64,000 nt of DNA from the NCBI GenBank assembly GCA_002712715.1, contig PAUF01000007.1, positions 310,403 to 374,402 on the forward strand. The letters run 5' to 3'. Of the stretch, positions 1 through 11,185 are shown piece after piece. The notes below the pieces were generated by a model. It had not been told where the DNA came from. It saw only the letters and a list, made by a program, of their open reading frames with translations, and ran no database searches. Source of the stretch: Flavobacteriales bacterium. GTDB taxonomy: Bacteria > Bacteroidota > Bacteroidia > Flavobacteriales > BACL11. How positions within the stretch are numbered: the stretch's first letter is position 1; every line of letters starts with the position of its first letter. The position numbers and the translations under genes were made by a program.

Positions 1-1
1 A

Positions 2-298
2 ACAACTTTTCCAATGGGATCAATGACTGGAGCTCCTAAATTGAAATCCCTTCTATTAATTGATGAATACGAATGTATGTCTAGACTATTATTTTCTTCA
101 TCATTTGGATATATAACACCTGAAGGAGATTTTGATTTTAATGTTATTATTAGATCAATAATCTATGATAAATTACAATCCTATATGTCTTTAAGTGTCG
201 GTGGAGCAATAACTATCTTGTCAAATGAAGAGGAGGAATATGAAGAGTGTATGATAAAAGCAGATTCAATTTTGAAATTATTATCTGATGGAAGATAA
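2..298 (+). CDS. chorismate-binding enzyme, C-terminal fragment (PabB/TrpE-like; 5' end outside window)
   Basis: Frame is open from the window edge. Translation TTFPMGSMTGAPK...NVIIRS...SVGGAIT...EYEEC carries the GS-x-TGAPK and GGGI-type C-terminal motifs of the TrpE/PabB/MenF family. Confidence 0.75.
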   Translation, partial: TTFPMGSMTGAPKLKSLLLIDEYECMSRLLFSSSFGYITPEGDFDFNVIIRSIIYDKLQSYMSLSVGGAITILSNEEEEYEECMIKADSILKLLSDGR

Positions 299-1604
299 AG
301 TTGTAAAACATATAGATGAGAATAATCTTTTTTCTAAAGAAGATAAATTAATAGTCGCTATTAGTGGTGGTTGTGATAGTGTAGCGTTAGCAATGATACT
401 TCATCGCACAGGATATTCAATTTCATTAGCTCATTGTAACTTTAATTTGAGAAACAGTGAATCGGATAAAGATCAACTATTCGTTGAGTCACTTGCGAAA
501 AGTATTGGAGTATTATTTTATTCTAAATCTTTTGACACGCTGAAGTATGTAAAAGAAAAGAAGGTTTCAATTCAAATGGCAGCTAGAGATTTAAGATATG
601 AATGGCTTAACTCGCTACTTATAGAAACCAACTCTAAATTTATTGTTGTGGGTCACCATCTAGATGATAGTCAAGAGACTTTATTTATTAACTTAATTCG
701 CGGAACGGGAATTAAGGGGTTATTAGGAATTAATAATATCAATGGAAAAATCATAAGACCACTACTTCCATTTAGAAAAAGTGACATAATTTCCTATTTA
801 AATAAAATTAATCAGGATTATAGAGAAGATATTTCTAACTCAGATATCAAGTATATTCGTAATAATATTAGAAAGAATTTAATGCCAATTATTTATTCTA
901 TAAATCCTTCTTATGACAAAACTTTTGTCGATGAATTGTCTCATTTAAGTGAGGTTTATGAAGTATATAATAAAGTAATTTCTCAGGATGTTAAAGAGAT
1001 TGTTGATTATAAAAAAAATGGATTAATTATTCTTAAAGAAGACTTGTTGAATACTAGTCACCCAAAATCTGTCTTAAGACATGCTGTGTCTCCATATGGA
1101 TTTAATAAAGTAGATCATATATATCAGGCTCTTTTTTCAGAATCAGGCAAAAGGTTTTACTCTAATACTTCTGAAATTTTAATTGACAGAAGTAAAATAA
1201 TATTGAGAAAATTAATGCCAGAATCAACAAATAAATTTATATCAATAAATGACAAACAAATTCTTTTTCCTATCAATTTATCGTTTTTAGTTTCGGATAA
1301 TTTAGCATATGTGGATAATCACAGCATTGCATATCTTGATTATGACTTATTGGAGTTTCCTTTAAAAATCATGAAATGGAAAGATGGAGATTATTTTTAT
1401 CCTTTAGGCATGCAAAAGAAAAAAAAGTTAAGTGATTTTTTTATAGATAATAAGCTTTCTTTATTTGATAAAGAAGATGTTTGGTTGCTGTATTCAGGCA
1501 ATAATATAGTTTGGGTTGTAGGCTATAGAATTGATGATCGGTTTAAGTTAACTAAAGATAGTAAAAAGGCGTATATTGCAGAATATAAAAAAGCAGGTGA
1601 ATAA
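288..1604 (+). CDS. tilS: tRNA(Ile)-lysidine synthetase
   Basis: N-terminal PP-loop SGGCDS followed by the GHHLDD motif. The 438-aa length is typical of TilS. Confidence 0.9.
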   Translation: MEDKVVKHIDENNLFSKEDKLIVAISGGCDSVALAMILHRTGYSISLAHCNFNLRNSESDKDQLFVESLAKSIGVLFYSKSFDTLKYVKEKKVSIQMAARDLRYEWLNSLLIETNSKFIVVGHHLDDSQETLFINLIRGTGIKGLLGINNINGKIIRPLLPFRKSDIISYLNKINQDYREDISNSDIKYIRNNIRKNLMPIIYSINPSYDKTFVDELSHLSEVYEVYNKVISQDVKEIVDYKKNGLIILKEDLLNTSHPKSVLRHAVSPYGFNKVDHIYQALFSESGKRFYSNTSEILIDRSKIILRKLMPESTNKFISINDKQILFPINLSFLVSDNLAYVDNHSIAYLDYDLLEFPLKIMKWKDGDYFYPLGMQKKKKLSDFFIDNKLSLFDKEDVWLLYSGNNIVWVVGYRIDDRFKLTKDSKKAYIAEYKKAGE

Positions 1605-1644
1605 TTTATTTTTTTTAGAGAAACAGTATTTGGGTTTAAATAGA

Positions 1645-2103
1645 ATGTCTTTATTTAGAAGAATAGTATTAGCTATATTTTTATTTTTCGCTTCATGGAT
1701 GGCATATAATCCTGAAAAAGTACCAACTAATTGGTTTTCTTCTCAGTCTGGAGATTTATTTTTTATTATGGGTATTTTCATTTTGTTTATTTCAACAATT
1801 TTAGTTTTTATTTTACATTTTGAAACACGCGTAGTTAATAATGCAATAGTTTTAGATGGTTTATGGACTTCTAGAAAAATTAAAATATCTATTTCTAGTT
1901 TAGTTTCGGTAGATCAGATTATTTATAGTAAATTCTTTTTTAATAAGTCAGTTTATAATTTACATTATAAGGGAACTATACGATTTTATACTCGTGGTAA
2001 AGAAGCTGTGAAGATCATTGATAAAGATGGACAAGTATATATAATTGGGAGTCAAAAATCTGAAGAGTTATGCAGAATTATCAAACAAAAGATTAACGAA
2101 TAG
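1645..2103 (+). CDS. hypothetical membrane protein
   Basis: The ORF track gives 1576..2103. The internal ATG at 1645 (MSLFRRIVLAIF...) avoids a 29-nt overlap with tilS. Two hydrophobic helices are visible and no family is recognised. Confidence 0.5.
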   Translation: MSLFRRIVLAIFLFFASWMAYNPEKVPTNWFSSQSGDLFFIMGIFILFISTILVFILHFETRVVNNAIVLDGLWTSRKIKISISSLVSVDQIIYSKFFFNKSVYNLHYKGTIRFYTRGKEAVKIIDKDGQVYIIGSQKSEELCRIIKQKINE

Positions 2104-2107
2104 AATT

Positions 2108-4294
2108 ATGAGAAATTTATTAGCATTTATAGCAATATTGTTTTTGATCTCTTGTGGTCAAAGGGCTGAAGTTGATGTGACTGAATGTCCAATAGATATA
2201 TACGGAAGTAATGATGTAGTTGATTGGACATCTAAGTACAGGCAAGTATCTGAGGATGAAGTGGAATTAATTTTTGAAGCTGCAATCTGTGGAAAATGGC
2301 ATATGTACTCACAAGATACAGAAGATGATAATGCTGCAACAAAATTCACTTTTTACTATAATGATGATACTAACGTGGTTAGAATTGATGAAAGTGAAAC
2401 AATTACAGATTTTGAGCCCTCTATGGATATGGAACTTTCTTTTTTTGAAAGTATAGCGAGCTTTAAACATAAAATAAAGCTGTCTGATAATACAGGTAAA
2501 ATAATAGTTGATATAGATTTTATGCTATGTGATGACAAACAGTGTTTACCTCCTGATTATATTAGACAGGAATTTGATGTTAAATTGAGTTCAACTTTTG
2601 CTACTGATACTTGGGGATGTACAGATGATCTTGCCACAAATTATAACTCCAAGGCTGATGTAGATGATGGTTCATGTTTCATAGAAGGTTGTACTGAAGA
2701 TCTAGCTTTAAATTTTGATTCTTTAGCAAGTCGTAATGATGGAACCTGTGTATATTCGCCGGAAGTATTAAAAAAAATACTTAAGGATAATAGATATATT
2801 GATCAATCTATAGATTTAGATAATCCTCATTCAAGTTGTGGTAGTAATAATAGTGAGGAATCTCAAACTTTATGGCATATTTTCTTATTAGGGCTATTGG
2901 GAGGTTTCATAGCTTTGTTAACTCCGTGTGTGTTCCCAATGATTCCTTTGACAGTAAGTTTTTTCACTAAAGGTAAAAAAGATAAAGGGCTATTTAATGC
3001 AATTATGTATGGTTTTTTTATTATGTTGATTTACTTTTTGTTGAGTATTCCTTTTCACTTTTTACCAGGATTAAATCCTGAAATCTTAAATCAGATATCC
3101 ACTAATACCTGGGTAAATCTTGTGTTTTTTGCGATTTTTATAGCTTTTGCATTATCATTCTTTGGATATTATGAGCTGACACTTCCAAGTAAATGGGGAA
3201 ACAGGGCAGATTCCGGATCTAATATTGCAGGATTATTAGGGATTTTCTTTATGGCTTTGACATTGGCTATTGTTTCTTTTTCTTGTACTGGTCCAATATT
3301 AGGTACTTTATTAGCAGGTACTTTAGGTGGAGATGTAAGTACATTTATGTTGTTTGGATTTGAATTTAAAATGGTTGCCGCTAAACTCACTGCTGGATTT
3401 ACAGGTTTTGGGATAGCATTAGGTCTTCCGTTTGCAGTTTTTGCTTTATTCCCAAAGTTGCTAGCGGCTTTGCCACAATCAGGAGGATGGTTAAATTCTG
3501 TTAAAGTTGTTTTAGGGTTTATTGAGGTAGCATTAGCTATCAAATTTTTGTCCAATGCAGATATGGTAGAACAGTGGGGACTAATACCAAGAGAGATATT
3601 TTTCGCATTGTGGTTCATTATTGGACTATTAACGGTATTATACCTGTTAGGAATAATTAGATTTCCTCATGATTCTCCAGTAAAGAAGATATCTAAAATA
3701 AGAATATTATTTATCACCTTTTTTCTAGCATTTACAATATATCTTTTACCGGGAATATTTGGAAATTATGGAAAATCATGGTGGAATCATGTTGCATTAA
3801 GTGGATTCCCTCCGCCTTGGAATTACGCTATCACAGAAAACTCAGATGCAGTGCATGCTGAGTCATTAGATTATTATGAAGCTATAGAGATTGCTAAAAA
3901 AGAGAATAAACCGGTTTTTATAGATTTTACTGGTTGGGCGTGTGTAAATTGTCGAAAAATGGAAGATGTAGTTTTTCCAGAGGTGAAGGAGTTATTAGAT
4001 CAATTTGTGATTTGTCAATTATATGTTGATGAAAAAATTCAATTAGAAGAGCCCGAATTTGCATTTGTCCCTACTTCTGAGGGAGGTGTTAAAAGAAAAA
4101 AATTAACTACTATTGGAGATAAATGGAGCACTCTTCAAATATTAACCTATAAATCATCTTCGCAACCATACTATGTATTATATCATCCAAATCAGGGTCT
4201 GTTAAATCACCCTGTTGGATATACACCTAATTTAAGTGAGTTTAAAGAATGGTTAGAGTGTGGATTGTCAGCTTATAAAAATCAAAAAAAATAG
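2108..4294 (+). CDS. dsbD: thiol:disulfide interchange protein DsbD-like (lipoprotein signal, DsbD-N domain, CcdA/DsbD membrane core, C-terminal thioredoxin)
   Basis: The ATG at 2108 gives MRNLLAFIAILFLISCGQ, a lipobox. The membrane core has the LTPCVFPMIPL motif. The C-terminal thioredoxin fold has WACVNCRKME (CxxC). Two extra Cys-pair modules lie between the N domain and the core. Confidence 0.85.
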   Translation: MRNLLAFIAILFLISCGQRAEVDVTECPIDIYGSNDVVDWTSKYRQVSEDEVELIFEAAICGKWHMYSQDTEDDNAATKFTFYYNDDTNVVRIDESETITDFEPSMDMELSFFESIASFKHKIKLSDNTGKIIVDIDFMLCDDKQCLPPDYIRQEFDVKLSSTFATDTWGCTDDLATNYNSKADVDDGSCFIEGCTEDLALNFDSLASRNDGTCVYSPEVLKKILKDNRYIDQSIDLDNPHSSCGSNNSEESQTLWHIFLLGLLGGFIALLTPCVFPMIPLTVSFFTKGKKDKGLFNAIMYGFFIMLIYFLLSIPFHFLPGLNPEILNQISTNTWVNLVFFAIFIAFALSFFGYYELTLPSKWGNRADSGSNIAGLLGIFFMALTLAIVSFSCTGPILGTLLAGTLGGDVSTFMLFGFEFKMVAAKLTAGFTGFGIALGLPFAVFALFPKLLAALPQSGGWLNSVKVVLGFIEVALAIKFLSNADMVEQWGLIPREIFFALWFIIGLLTVLYLLGIIRFPHDSPVKKISKIRILFITFFLAFTIYLLPGIFGNYGKSWWNHVALSGFPPPWNYAITENSDAVHAESLDYYEAIEIAKKENKPVFIDFTGWACVNCRKMEDVVFPEVKELLDQFVICQLYVDEKIQLEEPEFAFVPTSEGGVKRKKLTTIGDKWSTLQILTYKSSSQPYYVLYHPNQGLLNHPVGYTPNLSEFKEWLECGLSAYKNQKK

Positions 4295-4301
4295 ATATAA
4301 A

Positions 4302-5390
4302 ATGAAAGATAAAGAAATTATAAATAAAGATTCAGAATTATTTTTAGAAAAATATATTAATAATCCATCACCAACAGGTTTTGAGAAAGATGGACAAAAA
4401 CTGTGGTTAGATTATATCAATCCTTATGTAGATGATTATTTTACTGATAATTATGGGAATGCAGTTGCCGTTATAAATCCAGAAAAAAAATATAAGGTAG
4501 TTATTGAGGCACACGCTGATGAGATTTCATGGTTTGTTCATTATATCAATTCAGATGGATTTATTTATCTCAGAAGAAATGGGGGTTCAGATCATCAAAT
4601 AGCACCTTCTAAACGTGTCAATATACACACAAAAAAAGGAGTAGTGAAAGCGGTTTTTGGTTGGCCTGCAATTCATACAAGAAAGACAGGTAAAGAACAG
4701 TCTCCTAAATTAGATAATATTTTTTTAGATTGTGGATGTGGAAGCAAGGAAGAAGTAGAGAAATTAGGAATTCATGTAGGTTGTGTTGTTACTTATGAGG
4801 ATGAGTTTATGATTTTGAATAATGATTTTTATGTGGGTAGAGCTTTGGATAATAGAATAGGTGGTTTTATGATTGCAGAGGTCGCTCGATTATTAAAGCA
4901 AAACAAAATAGAGTTACCATTTGGCCTTTACATAACAAATGCTGTGCAAGAAGAAGTTGGTTTGAGAGGAGCGCAGATGATTGTAGAAACTATTAAACCC
5001 AATGTCGCAATTATTACAGATGTTACTCATGACACAGGTACTCCAATGATTGATAAGATTAAGCAAGGCGACATGAAATGTGGAAATGGGCCGGCTGTAT
5101 ATTATGGGCCGGCTGTTCATAATAATTTATTAGATTTAATTATAGAAACTGCTGAAAATCACACAATTCCTTTTCAAAGAGGAGCGGTTTCTAGATCTAC
5201 AGGTACTGATACTGATGCTTTTGCTTATGCTACAGGAGGAATTCCATCAGCTTTGATTTCTTTACCATTGAGATATATGCATACTACTGTAGAAATGGTT
5301 CATAAAAACGATGTTAAAAATGTTATAAAACTAATATACAATTCATTACAAAGTATATCAAATGATCATGATTTTAAGTATTTAAGATAG
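4302..5390 (+). CDS. M42 family metallopeptidase (glutamyl aminopeptidase / FrvX-CelM-like)
   Basis: The ATG at 4302 lies after the dsbD stop. The AHADEIS, GRALDNRIG and QEEVGLRGA motifs are typical of peptidase M42. Confidence 0.8.
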   Translation: MKDKEIINKDSELFLEKYINNPSPTGFEKDGQKLWLDYINPYVDDYFTDNYGNAVAVINPEKKYKVVIEAHADEISWFVHYINSDGFIYLRRNGGSDHQIAPSKRVNIHTKKGVVKAVFGWPAIHTRKTGKEQSPKLDNIFLDCGCGSKEEVEKLGIHVGCVVTYEDEFMILNNDFYVGRALDNRIGGFMIAEVARLLKQNKIELPFGLYITNAVQEEVGLRGAQMIVETIKPNVAIITDVTHDTGTPMIDKIKQGDMKCGNGPAVYYGPAVHNNLLDLIIETAENHTIPFQRGAVSRSTGTDTDAFAYATGGIPSALISLPLRYMHTTVEMVHKNDVKNVIKLIYNSLQSISNDHDFKYLR

Positions 5391-5951
5391 ATCTTTGTAT
5401 CTAAAACAATCTGTTGTGTGGTCATTGATTATTCCTATTGCTTGTATAAATGAATAGACAATAATATTCCCAATGAATTTAAATCCTCTTTTTTTAAGAT
5501 CATATGAGATCTTAATGGCAAGATTTGAAGTTACAGGTATTTCTTTATAGTTTTTGTAATTATTGACTATAACTTGGTTTTCTGTAAATGACCAAATATA
5601 CTTATTAAATGATTTAAATTCTTTTCGAATTTCTATAAAAGATATCGCATTATTTCTAATGGATCTTATTTTCAATTTATTACGTATTATTTTTTTATTA
5701 TTATATAATGATATTAGCTTTGACTCATCATATTTTGAAACTAGATTATAGTTGAAATTATCAAATGCATGCCTAAATTCATTTCTTTTATTTAATATTA
5801 TTTCCCAACTAAGTCCCGCTTGAAATATTTCTAATGAAAGAGCTTCAAAAATCTTTTGATCATTAAAAACAGGTGTACCCCATTCTTTGTCATGATATTT
5901 GAGTAGAGATGAGTTCTTTTTCGCCCATTTACATCTATTTATTTTTTGCAA
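5382..5951 (-). CDS. tag: DNA-3-methyladenine glycosylase I
   Basis: YHDKEWGTPVFNDQKIFEALSLEIFQAGLSW is the canonical Tag signature. Length is 189 aa. Confidence 0.9.
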   Translation of the reverse strand: MQKINRCKWAKKNSSLLKYHDKEWGTPVFNDQKIFEALSLEIFQAGLSWEIILNKRNEFRHAFDNFNYNLVSKYDESKLISLYNNKKIIRNKLKIRSIRNNAISFIEIRKEFKSFNKYIWSFTENQVIVNNYKNYKEIPVTSNLAIKISYDLKKRGFKFIGNIIVYSFIQAIGIINDHTTDCFRYKDLS

Positions 5952-5957
5952 TTTCTT

Positions 5958-8900
5958 TTATATTCTGGTCCATTCACCACTATCAATTAGAGGCTTTGCC
6001 TTTTTCCATTTTATTTCTCTTGTTTCGGATCCATTTGTAATAGAAACTTTTTCATTTCTGCCAGTTTCTTTTTCAACACTTACTGGTTGAGCTTTTTGAG
6101 ATTTTCTTTGGTCCGGCTTATTTGTTTGAGGGATATTAGATTCTCTACTTGTTTTCAGGTTTTGGTCGTTTTGTTCTAAATTACCTTCTTTTATCCCTTC
6201 ATTGTTAGTGATATGGACACCAGATTTCATTAGAAATGAAATTATATCCTTATTGATTTTACTCATTAATATTTTAAATAGATCAATAGCTTCAAATTTG
6301 TATATCAACAAAGGATCTTTTTGTTCATAAACTGCATTTTGAACAGATTGCTTAAGGTCATCCATCTCACGAAGATGTTCCTTCCAAAATTCATCGATCA
6401 TAGCTAGAGTTACACCTTTTTCTATTGATTTAGGGATATTATATCCATTGTTAGTCACAGATTCCTCCAAATCAGCAGTGATGCTGATAATTTTTTTTCC
6501 GTCAGTGAATGGGATTAAAATGTTTTTATATTTTCCAGATTGATTTTCAAAAACATTTTTAATCTGAGGCATTACCCCTTTAGCAAGGTTTTCATTTTTT
6601 AATTTATATAATTCATGACACTCTTTAAAAACTTTAGAAACAAGAACTTCTAAATTATCATTGAATTCGGTTTCTTGTATTTGAGTTTTTAAGCTAAAAC
6701 TGCGTATTAAATCCTCATTAAATCCTAGAAAGTCTTGGGTTTCATGGTGACTTTCTACAATATTGTAACTTGTATCATAAATCATATTAGAAATATCTAA
6801 AGAAAGTCTCTCACCAAAAAGAGCATGCTTTCTTTTCTTATAAATTATTTCTCGTTGCTTATTCATTACATCATCATATTCAAGCAGACGTTTCCTTACT
6901 CCAAAGTTGTTTTCTTCAACCTTTTTTTGTGCCCTCTCAATAGATTTATTTACCATAGAGTGAGATATTACTTCTCCTTCACCGATTCCCATTCTATCCA
7001 TTAGTTTAGCAATCCTTTCAGATCCAAAAAGCCTCATTAACTTATCTTCTAACGAAACAAAAAACTGTGAAGACCCAGGATCCCCTTGTCGGCCTGATCT
7101 TCCCCTCAGCTGCCTATCTACCCTTCGAGAGTCATGTCTTTCTGTCCCAATTATAGCAAGACCTCCTGAAGACTTAACTTCATCTGATAATTTTATGTCA
7201 GTTCCTCTTCCCGCCATATTTGTAGCTATTGTCACTACTGAAGCTTTACCTGCTTCCGCTACAATATCCGCTTCTCTTTGGTGTAATTTCGCATTTAATA
7301 TATTATGTTTTATTTTTCTTTGTTTGAGTATTCTTCCTAAAAGTTCAGAAATTTCAACAGAAGTAGTCCCAACTAAAACAGGTCTCCCTTGATCAGTGAG
7401 AGAAGCAATTTCTTCAATGACCGCATTGTATTTTTCTCGATTTGTTTTATAAACTAAGTCATGCTCATCTTTTCTTATAATAGGCTTATTAGTTGGAATA
7501 GCTACTACATCCAGCTTATATATTTCCCAGAATTCGCCAGCTTCGGTTTCAGCTGTACCGGTCATACCCGAAAGCTTATTATACATTCGAAAATAATTTT
7601 GTAATGTTATAGTTGCAAATGTCTGAGTTGAAGCTTCTATTTTTACATTTTCTTTAGCTTCAATTGCTTGATGTAATCCGTCAGAATACCGTCTCCCGTC
7701 CATTATACGCCCTGTCTGCTCATCAACTATTTTTACTTTATTGTCCATTAATACATATTCAACATCTTTTTCAAATAAAGTATATGCTTTTAGTAGTTGA
7801 TTAATAGTATGAATTCTCTCACTTTTTATAGAGAAGTTACGAGTCATGTTTTCTCTTTCTATTGCTTTATCACTTTCTGACAAATTAGACTCATCAATTT
7901 TAATCATTTCTTCAGCAATGTTCGGTAGAATAAAAAATTCTTTATCTTCTGTGTCCCCTGATAATATTTCAGTTCCCTTATCAGTTAATTCTATTGAGTT
8001 ACTTTTTTCATCAATTATAAAAAACAAGTCTTCATCTACTAGATGCATGTTTTTTGATTGTTCTTGCATATAGTAATTTTCAGTTTTTTGTAATTGAGCT
8101 CTAATACCATCTTCACTTAAATATTTAATTAAAGCTTTATTTTTAGGAAGTCCTCTAAAAGCTCTTAATAATTTAAACCCACCATCTTCTGATTTACCCT
8201 CCTTTAAAAGTGCTTTTGACTCCGACAAAATTTTAGTGACAAGTTTTCTTTGTGAACTTACTAATTTCTCTACTTCATGCTTTAATTCGTTATATTCATG
8301 TTTATCTCCTTTTGGAGTAGGTCCTGAAATAATTAATGGAGTTCTAGCATCATCAATTAATACGGAATCTACTTCATCTATAATAGCATAGTGATGTTTT
8401 CTTTGAACGAGATCTTCTGGCCTTCTTGCCATATTATCTCTTAAATAATCAAATCCAAATTCGTTATTAGTTCCGTATGTGATATCTGCTAAATATGCTT
8501 GTTTTCTTGATTCAGAATTAGGAGAGTGATTATCTATGCAGTCAACTGTTAATCCATGAAATTGGAAAATTGGCCCCATCCATTCGCAATCTCGCCTTGC
8601 TAAATAGTCATTTACAGTGATCAAGTGCACACCTCTTCCAGCTAATGCATTTAGAAATACAGGCAATGTAGCAGATAATGTTTTCCCTTCCCCAGTTTGC
8701 ATTTCTGCAATTTTTCCCTGATGTTTAACAACTCCTCCAATCAGTTGAACATCATAGTGAACCATATCCCATTTCGTAGTATTCCCTGCGGCTTTCCAAC
8801 TATTTTTATACAACGCATATTGTGATTCAATAGATACAAAATCATTATTTATTGATAACTTTTTATCATATTCTGATGCTGTTACTTTTATTATTTCATT

Positions 8901-9272
8901 TTGAGTAAATCTTCTAGCAGTTTCTTTGACAATAGCAAATGCGGTTGGAAGAATCGTGTTTAGTATTTCTTCAATTTTAAGAATAAGTTTTTTTTCATCA
9001 TCATCAATTTTTTCATATAACAATTCTTTTTCTTCAGAAGATATGTCTTCTTCTGCTTTTTCTTTAAGTGATTTAATTTCTGATTCTAGAGGATTTGTTG
9101 TTTGATATATTTTAGATTTCAGATTTTCAGTTTCTTGCCTTAATTGATCATTACTTAGGTCTTTAATTCTATTTTCTTCTACTTTAATTTTTTCTACAAT
9201 GGGCATTATATTTTTAATATCCTTGTCATATTTGTTTCCAAGTAGTTTGCCTAGGATGTTTAGTAGATCCAT
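5958..9272 (-). CDS. secA: preprotein translocase ATPase SecA
   Basis: 1104 aa with MQTGEGKT (Walker A), [19 protein letters not shown] and [12 protein letters not shown] motifs. Confidence 0.97.
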   Translation of the reverse strand: MDLLNILGKLLGNKYDKDIKNIMPIVEKIKVEENRIKDLSNDQLRQETENLKSKIYQTTNPLESEIKSLKEKAEEDISSEEKELLYEKIDDDEKKLILKIEEILNTILPTAFAIVKETARRFTQNEIIKVTASEYDKKLSINNDFVSIESQYALYKNSWKAAGNTTKWDMVHYDVQLIGGVVKHQGKIAEMQTGEGKTLSATLPVFLNALAGRGVHLITVNDYLARRDCEWMGPIFQFHGLTVDCIDNHSPNSESRKQAYLADITYGTNNEFGFDYLRDNMARRPEDLVQRKHHYAIIDEVDSVLIDDARTPLIISGPTPKGDKHEYNELKHEVEKLVSSQRKLVTKILSESKALLKEGKSEDGGFKLLRAFRGLPKNKALIKYLSEDGIRAQLQKTENYYMQEQSKNMHLVDEDLFFIIDEKSNSIELTDKGTEILSGDTEDKEFFILPNIAEEMIKIDESNLSESDKAIERENMTRNFSIKSERIHTINQLLKAYTLFEKDVEYVLMDNKVKIVDEQTGRIMDGRRYSDGLHQAIEAKENVKIEASTQTFATITLQNYFRMYNKLSGMTGTAETEAGEFWEIYKLDVVAIPTNKPIIRKDEHDLVYKTNREKYNAVIEEIASLTDQGRPVLVGTTSVEISELLGRILKQRKIKHNILNAKLHQREADIVAEAGKASVVTIATNMAGRGTDIKLSDEVKSSGGLAIIGTERHDSRRVDRQLRGRSGRQGDPGSSQFFVSLEDKLMRLFGSERIAKLMDRMGIGEGEVISHSMVNKSIERAQKKVEENNFGVRKRLLEYDDVMNKQREIIYKKRKHALFGERLSLDISNMIYDTSYNIVESHHETQDFLGFNEDLIRSFSLKTQIQETEFNDNLEVLVSKVFKECHELYKLKNENLAKGVMPQIKNVFENQSGKYKNILIPFTDGKKIISITADLEESVTNNGYNIPKSIEKGVTLAMIDEFWKEHLREMDDLKQSVQNAVYEQKDPLLIYKFEAIDLFKILMSKINKDIISFLMKSGVHITNNEGIKEGNLEQNDQNLKTSRESNIPQTNKPDQRKSQKAQPVSVEKETGRNEKVSITNGSETREIKWKKAKPLIDSGEWTRI

Positions 9273-9288
9273 AAGATTTATTTAAATT

Positions 9289-9516
9289 CTAATATTCATC
9301 TTCATTGAAAAAGAAGTCTTCTTTAGAGGGGTAATCTGGCCATATTTCTTCGATATTTTCCCATACTTGTCCTTCTTCTTCTTCAACAAGTTCTTGAAGG
9401 TTTTCTGCAACTTCCATAGGTGCCCCGGATCTAATAGCAAAATCTATTAATTCTTCTTTAGTAGCTGGCCAAGGGGCGTCTTCTAATTTTGATGCAAGTT
9501 CTAGTGTCCAATACAT
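9289..9516 (-). CDS. DUF2795 domain protein
   Basis: 75 aa. The pattern APWPATKEELIDFAIRSGAPMEVAENLQEL is typical of DUF2795. Confidence 0.7.
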   Translation of the reverse strand: MYWTLELASKLEDAPWPATKEELIDFAIRSGAPMEVAENLQELVEEEEGQVWENIEEIWPDYPSKEDFFFNEDEY

Positions 9517-9582
9517 ATTTATTTACTTGTTTTGTTAGTGCAAAAATAAAATTTCTTTATAATTGGCAATATTAGACTTCTA

Positions 9583-10122
9583 TTATTTCCAGTAAATTTC
9601 AGTTTTATTATTTTCATTAAGTAAAATTCTAGCCAGAACAAACAAATAGTCAGAAAGTCTATTAAGAAATATTATATCGTATTCTCCTATTTCTTCCATT
9701 TGAGCTAGTTTAACTACAGACCTTTCAGCCCTTCTGCATACAGTTCGAGCTATATGGCATAAAGATGATTGGGAATGTCCACATGGAAGTATAAATTGTG
9801 TAAGAGGAGAAAGTTTTTCGTCTATTTCATCAATAATTTCTTCTAGATAAATAACTTCTTTTTCATTTATTTTAGGGGTTTCTATATTTTTGCTTTTGTC
9901 CACATTTGCGATTGAACTACCAAGATTTAATAATTGTATTTGTATGAATTTGAGTACTTTTTTGTGATTATTATTAATTTCTTGGTCATAAATATGTCCA
10001 ATATAGGCATTTAACTCATCTATATTTCCGTAGGATGTTACACGTGGATGAAATTTGGTCACATTCTTACCTCCTAATAATTGGGTTTTACCTTTGTCTC
10101 CTTTTTTTGTATATATTTTCAT
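9583..10122 (-). CDS. ATP:cob(I)alamin adenosyltransferase, PduO type
   Basis: The N-terminus MKIYTKKGDKGKT and the downstream pattern ending LNRLSDYLFVLAR are typical of PduO-type adenosyltransferases. Confidence 0.85.
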   Translation of the reverse strand: MKIYTKKGDKGKTQLLGGKNVTKFHPRVTSYGNIDELNAYIGHIYDQEINNNHKKVLKFIQIQLLNLGSSIANVDKSKNIETPKINEKEVIYLEEIIDEIDEKLSPLTQFILPCGHSQSSLCHIARTVCRRAERSVVKLAQMEEIGEYDIIFLNRLSDYLFVLARILLNENNKTEIYWK

Positions 10123-10219
10123 AATTATTATTTATTTGAAGCACATCTAATACATTATTTGGATTTTAGTCCCTTTTGCAAATTTAGAGATTTAATCATA
10201 AATATATTATTTTTGAAGC

Positions 10220-11185
10220 ATGAAAATTATTACTGGGGCCTGTGGTTTTGTTGGAAGTTCGCTTGTTTCTTTTTTTAATTCACATCAAATTTTTGATTTA
10301 ATATTAGTTGATGAGTTTTCTAATAAAAAGAAAAATTCAAATCTTATTAAAAAAAAATATCTATTTAAAGTTCATCGAGATGGTTTTTTAAAATGGTTTG
10401 ATTCGAATTATATGAATGTAACAGAAGTTTACCATCTGGGTGCTCGTACTAACACTTTAGAGGGTTCAGAAGATGTATTTAATAAGTTGAATTTGCAATT
10501 TTCTAAAGATTTGTGGAAAAGATGTGTGCAAAATAAGATACCATTAATTTACGCTTCATCTGCAGCTACCTATGGCAATGGTTCACTAGGTTATTCGGAT
10601 AATCATGCCTTATTAACTAAGTTGATTCCTTTGAACGCATATGCTAAATCTAAACATGAGTTTGATTTATGGGTTTTAGAACAACTTGAATGTCCTCCCT
10701 TTTGGGCGGGATTGAAATTTTTTAATGTGTATGGTCCTAACGAATATCACAAAGGAAGAATGTCTTCATTGATTTTACAATCTTATAAAAAAATTTTGAA
10801 ACATGGAAGTATGAAGTTGTTTTCTTCAAATCATAAAGATTTTGAAGACGGAGAACAATCCCGAGATTTCATATATATAAAAGATGTTGTTAAAGTCATT
10901 CATTTTTTAATGCAAAAAAAATCAAATAATGGAATATACAATGTTGGGACTGGCTGTGAAAACAAATTTTCTGATTTGGTTTTGTGTGTATTCAAATGTT
11001 TGAAATTAGAATCTCGAATTTCATATTATAAGATGCCAGCTCAAATTAGTATTAATTATCAAAATTTTACCAAAGCTGATATTCGTAAGTTAAAAAGCGT
11101 AGGATATACTAGTGGTTTTGTAAAATTAAGTGATGGGATTGAGGATTATATAAATCATTATCTAAAAAGATCTAGTTATTTATAG
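10220..11185 (+). CDS. ADP-L-glycero-D-manno-heptose-6-epimerase-like NAD-dependent epimerase
   Basis: GACGFVGS Rossmann loop. YASSAATYG, FNVYGPNEYHKGRMSS and NFTKADIRKL align collinearly with E. coli HldD motifs. Confidence 0.75.
   Translation: MKIITGACGFVGSSLVSFFNSHQIFDLILVDEFSNKKKNSNLIKKKYLFKVHRDGFLKWFDSNYMNVTEVYHLGARTNTLEGSEDVFNKLNLQFSKDLWKRCVQNKIPLIYASSAATYGNGSLGYSDNHALLTKLIPLNAYAKSKHEFDLWVLEQLECPPFWAGLKFFNVYGPNEYHKGRMSSLILQSYKKILKHGSMKLFSSNHKDFEDGEQSRDFIYIKDVVKVIHFLMQKKSNNGIYNVGTGCENKFSDLVLCVFKCLKLESRISYYKMPAQISINYQNFTKADIRKLKSVGYTSGFVKLSDGIEDYINHYLKRSSYL

Noticed and set aside
3169-3618. 149-aa minus-strand ORF
   Set aside because: It lies entirely antisense within the DsbD membrane core. 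It has no start context or motif and is typical of shadow ORFs opposite hydrophobic coding sequence.
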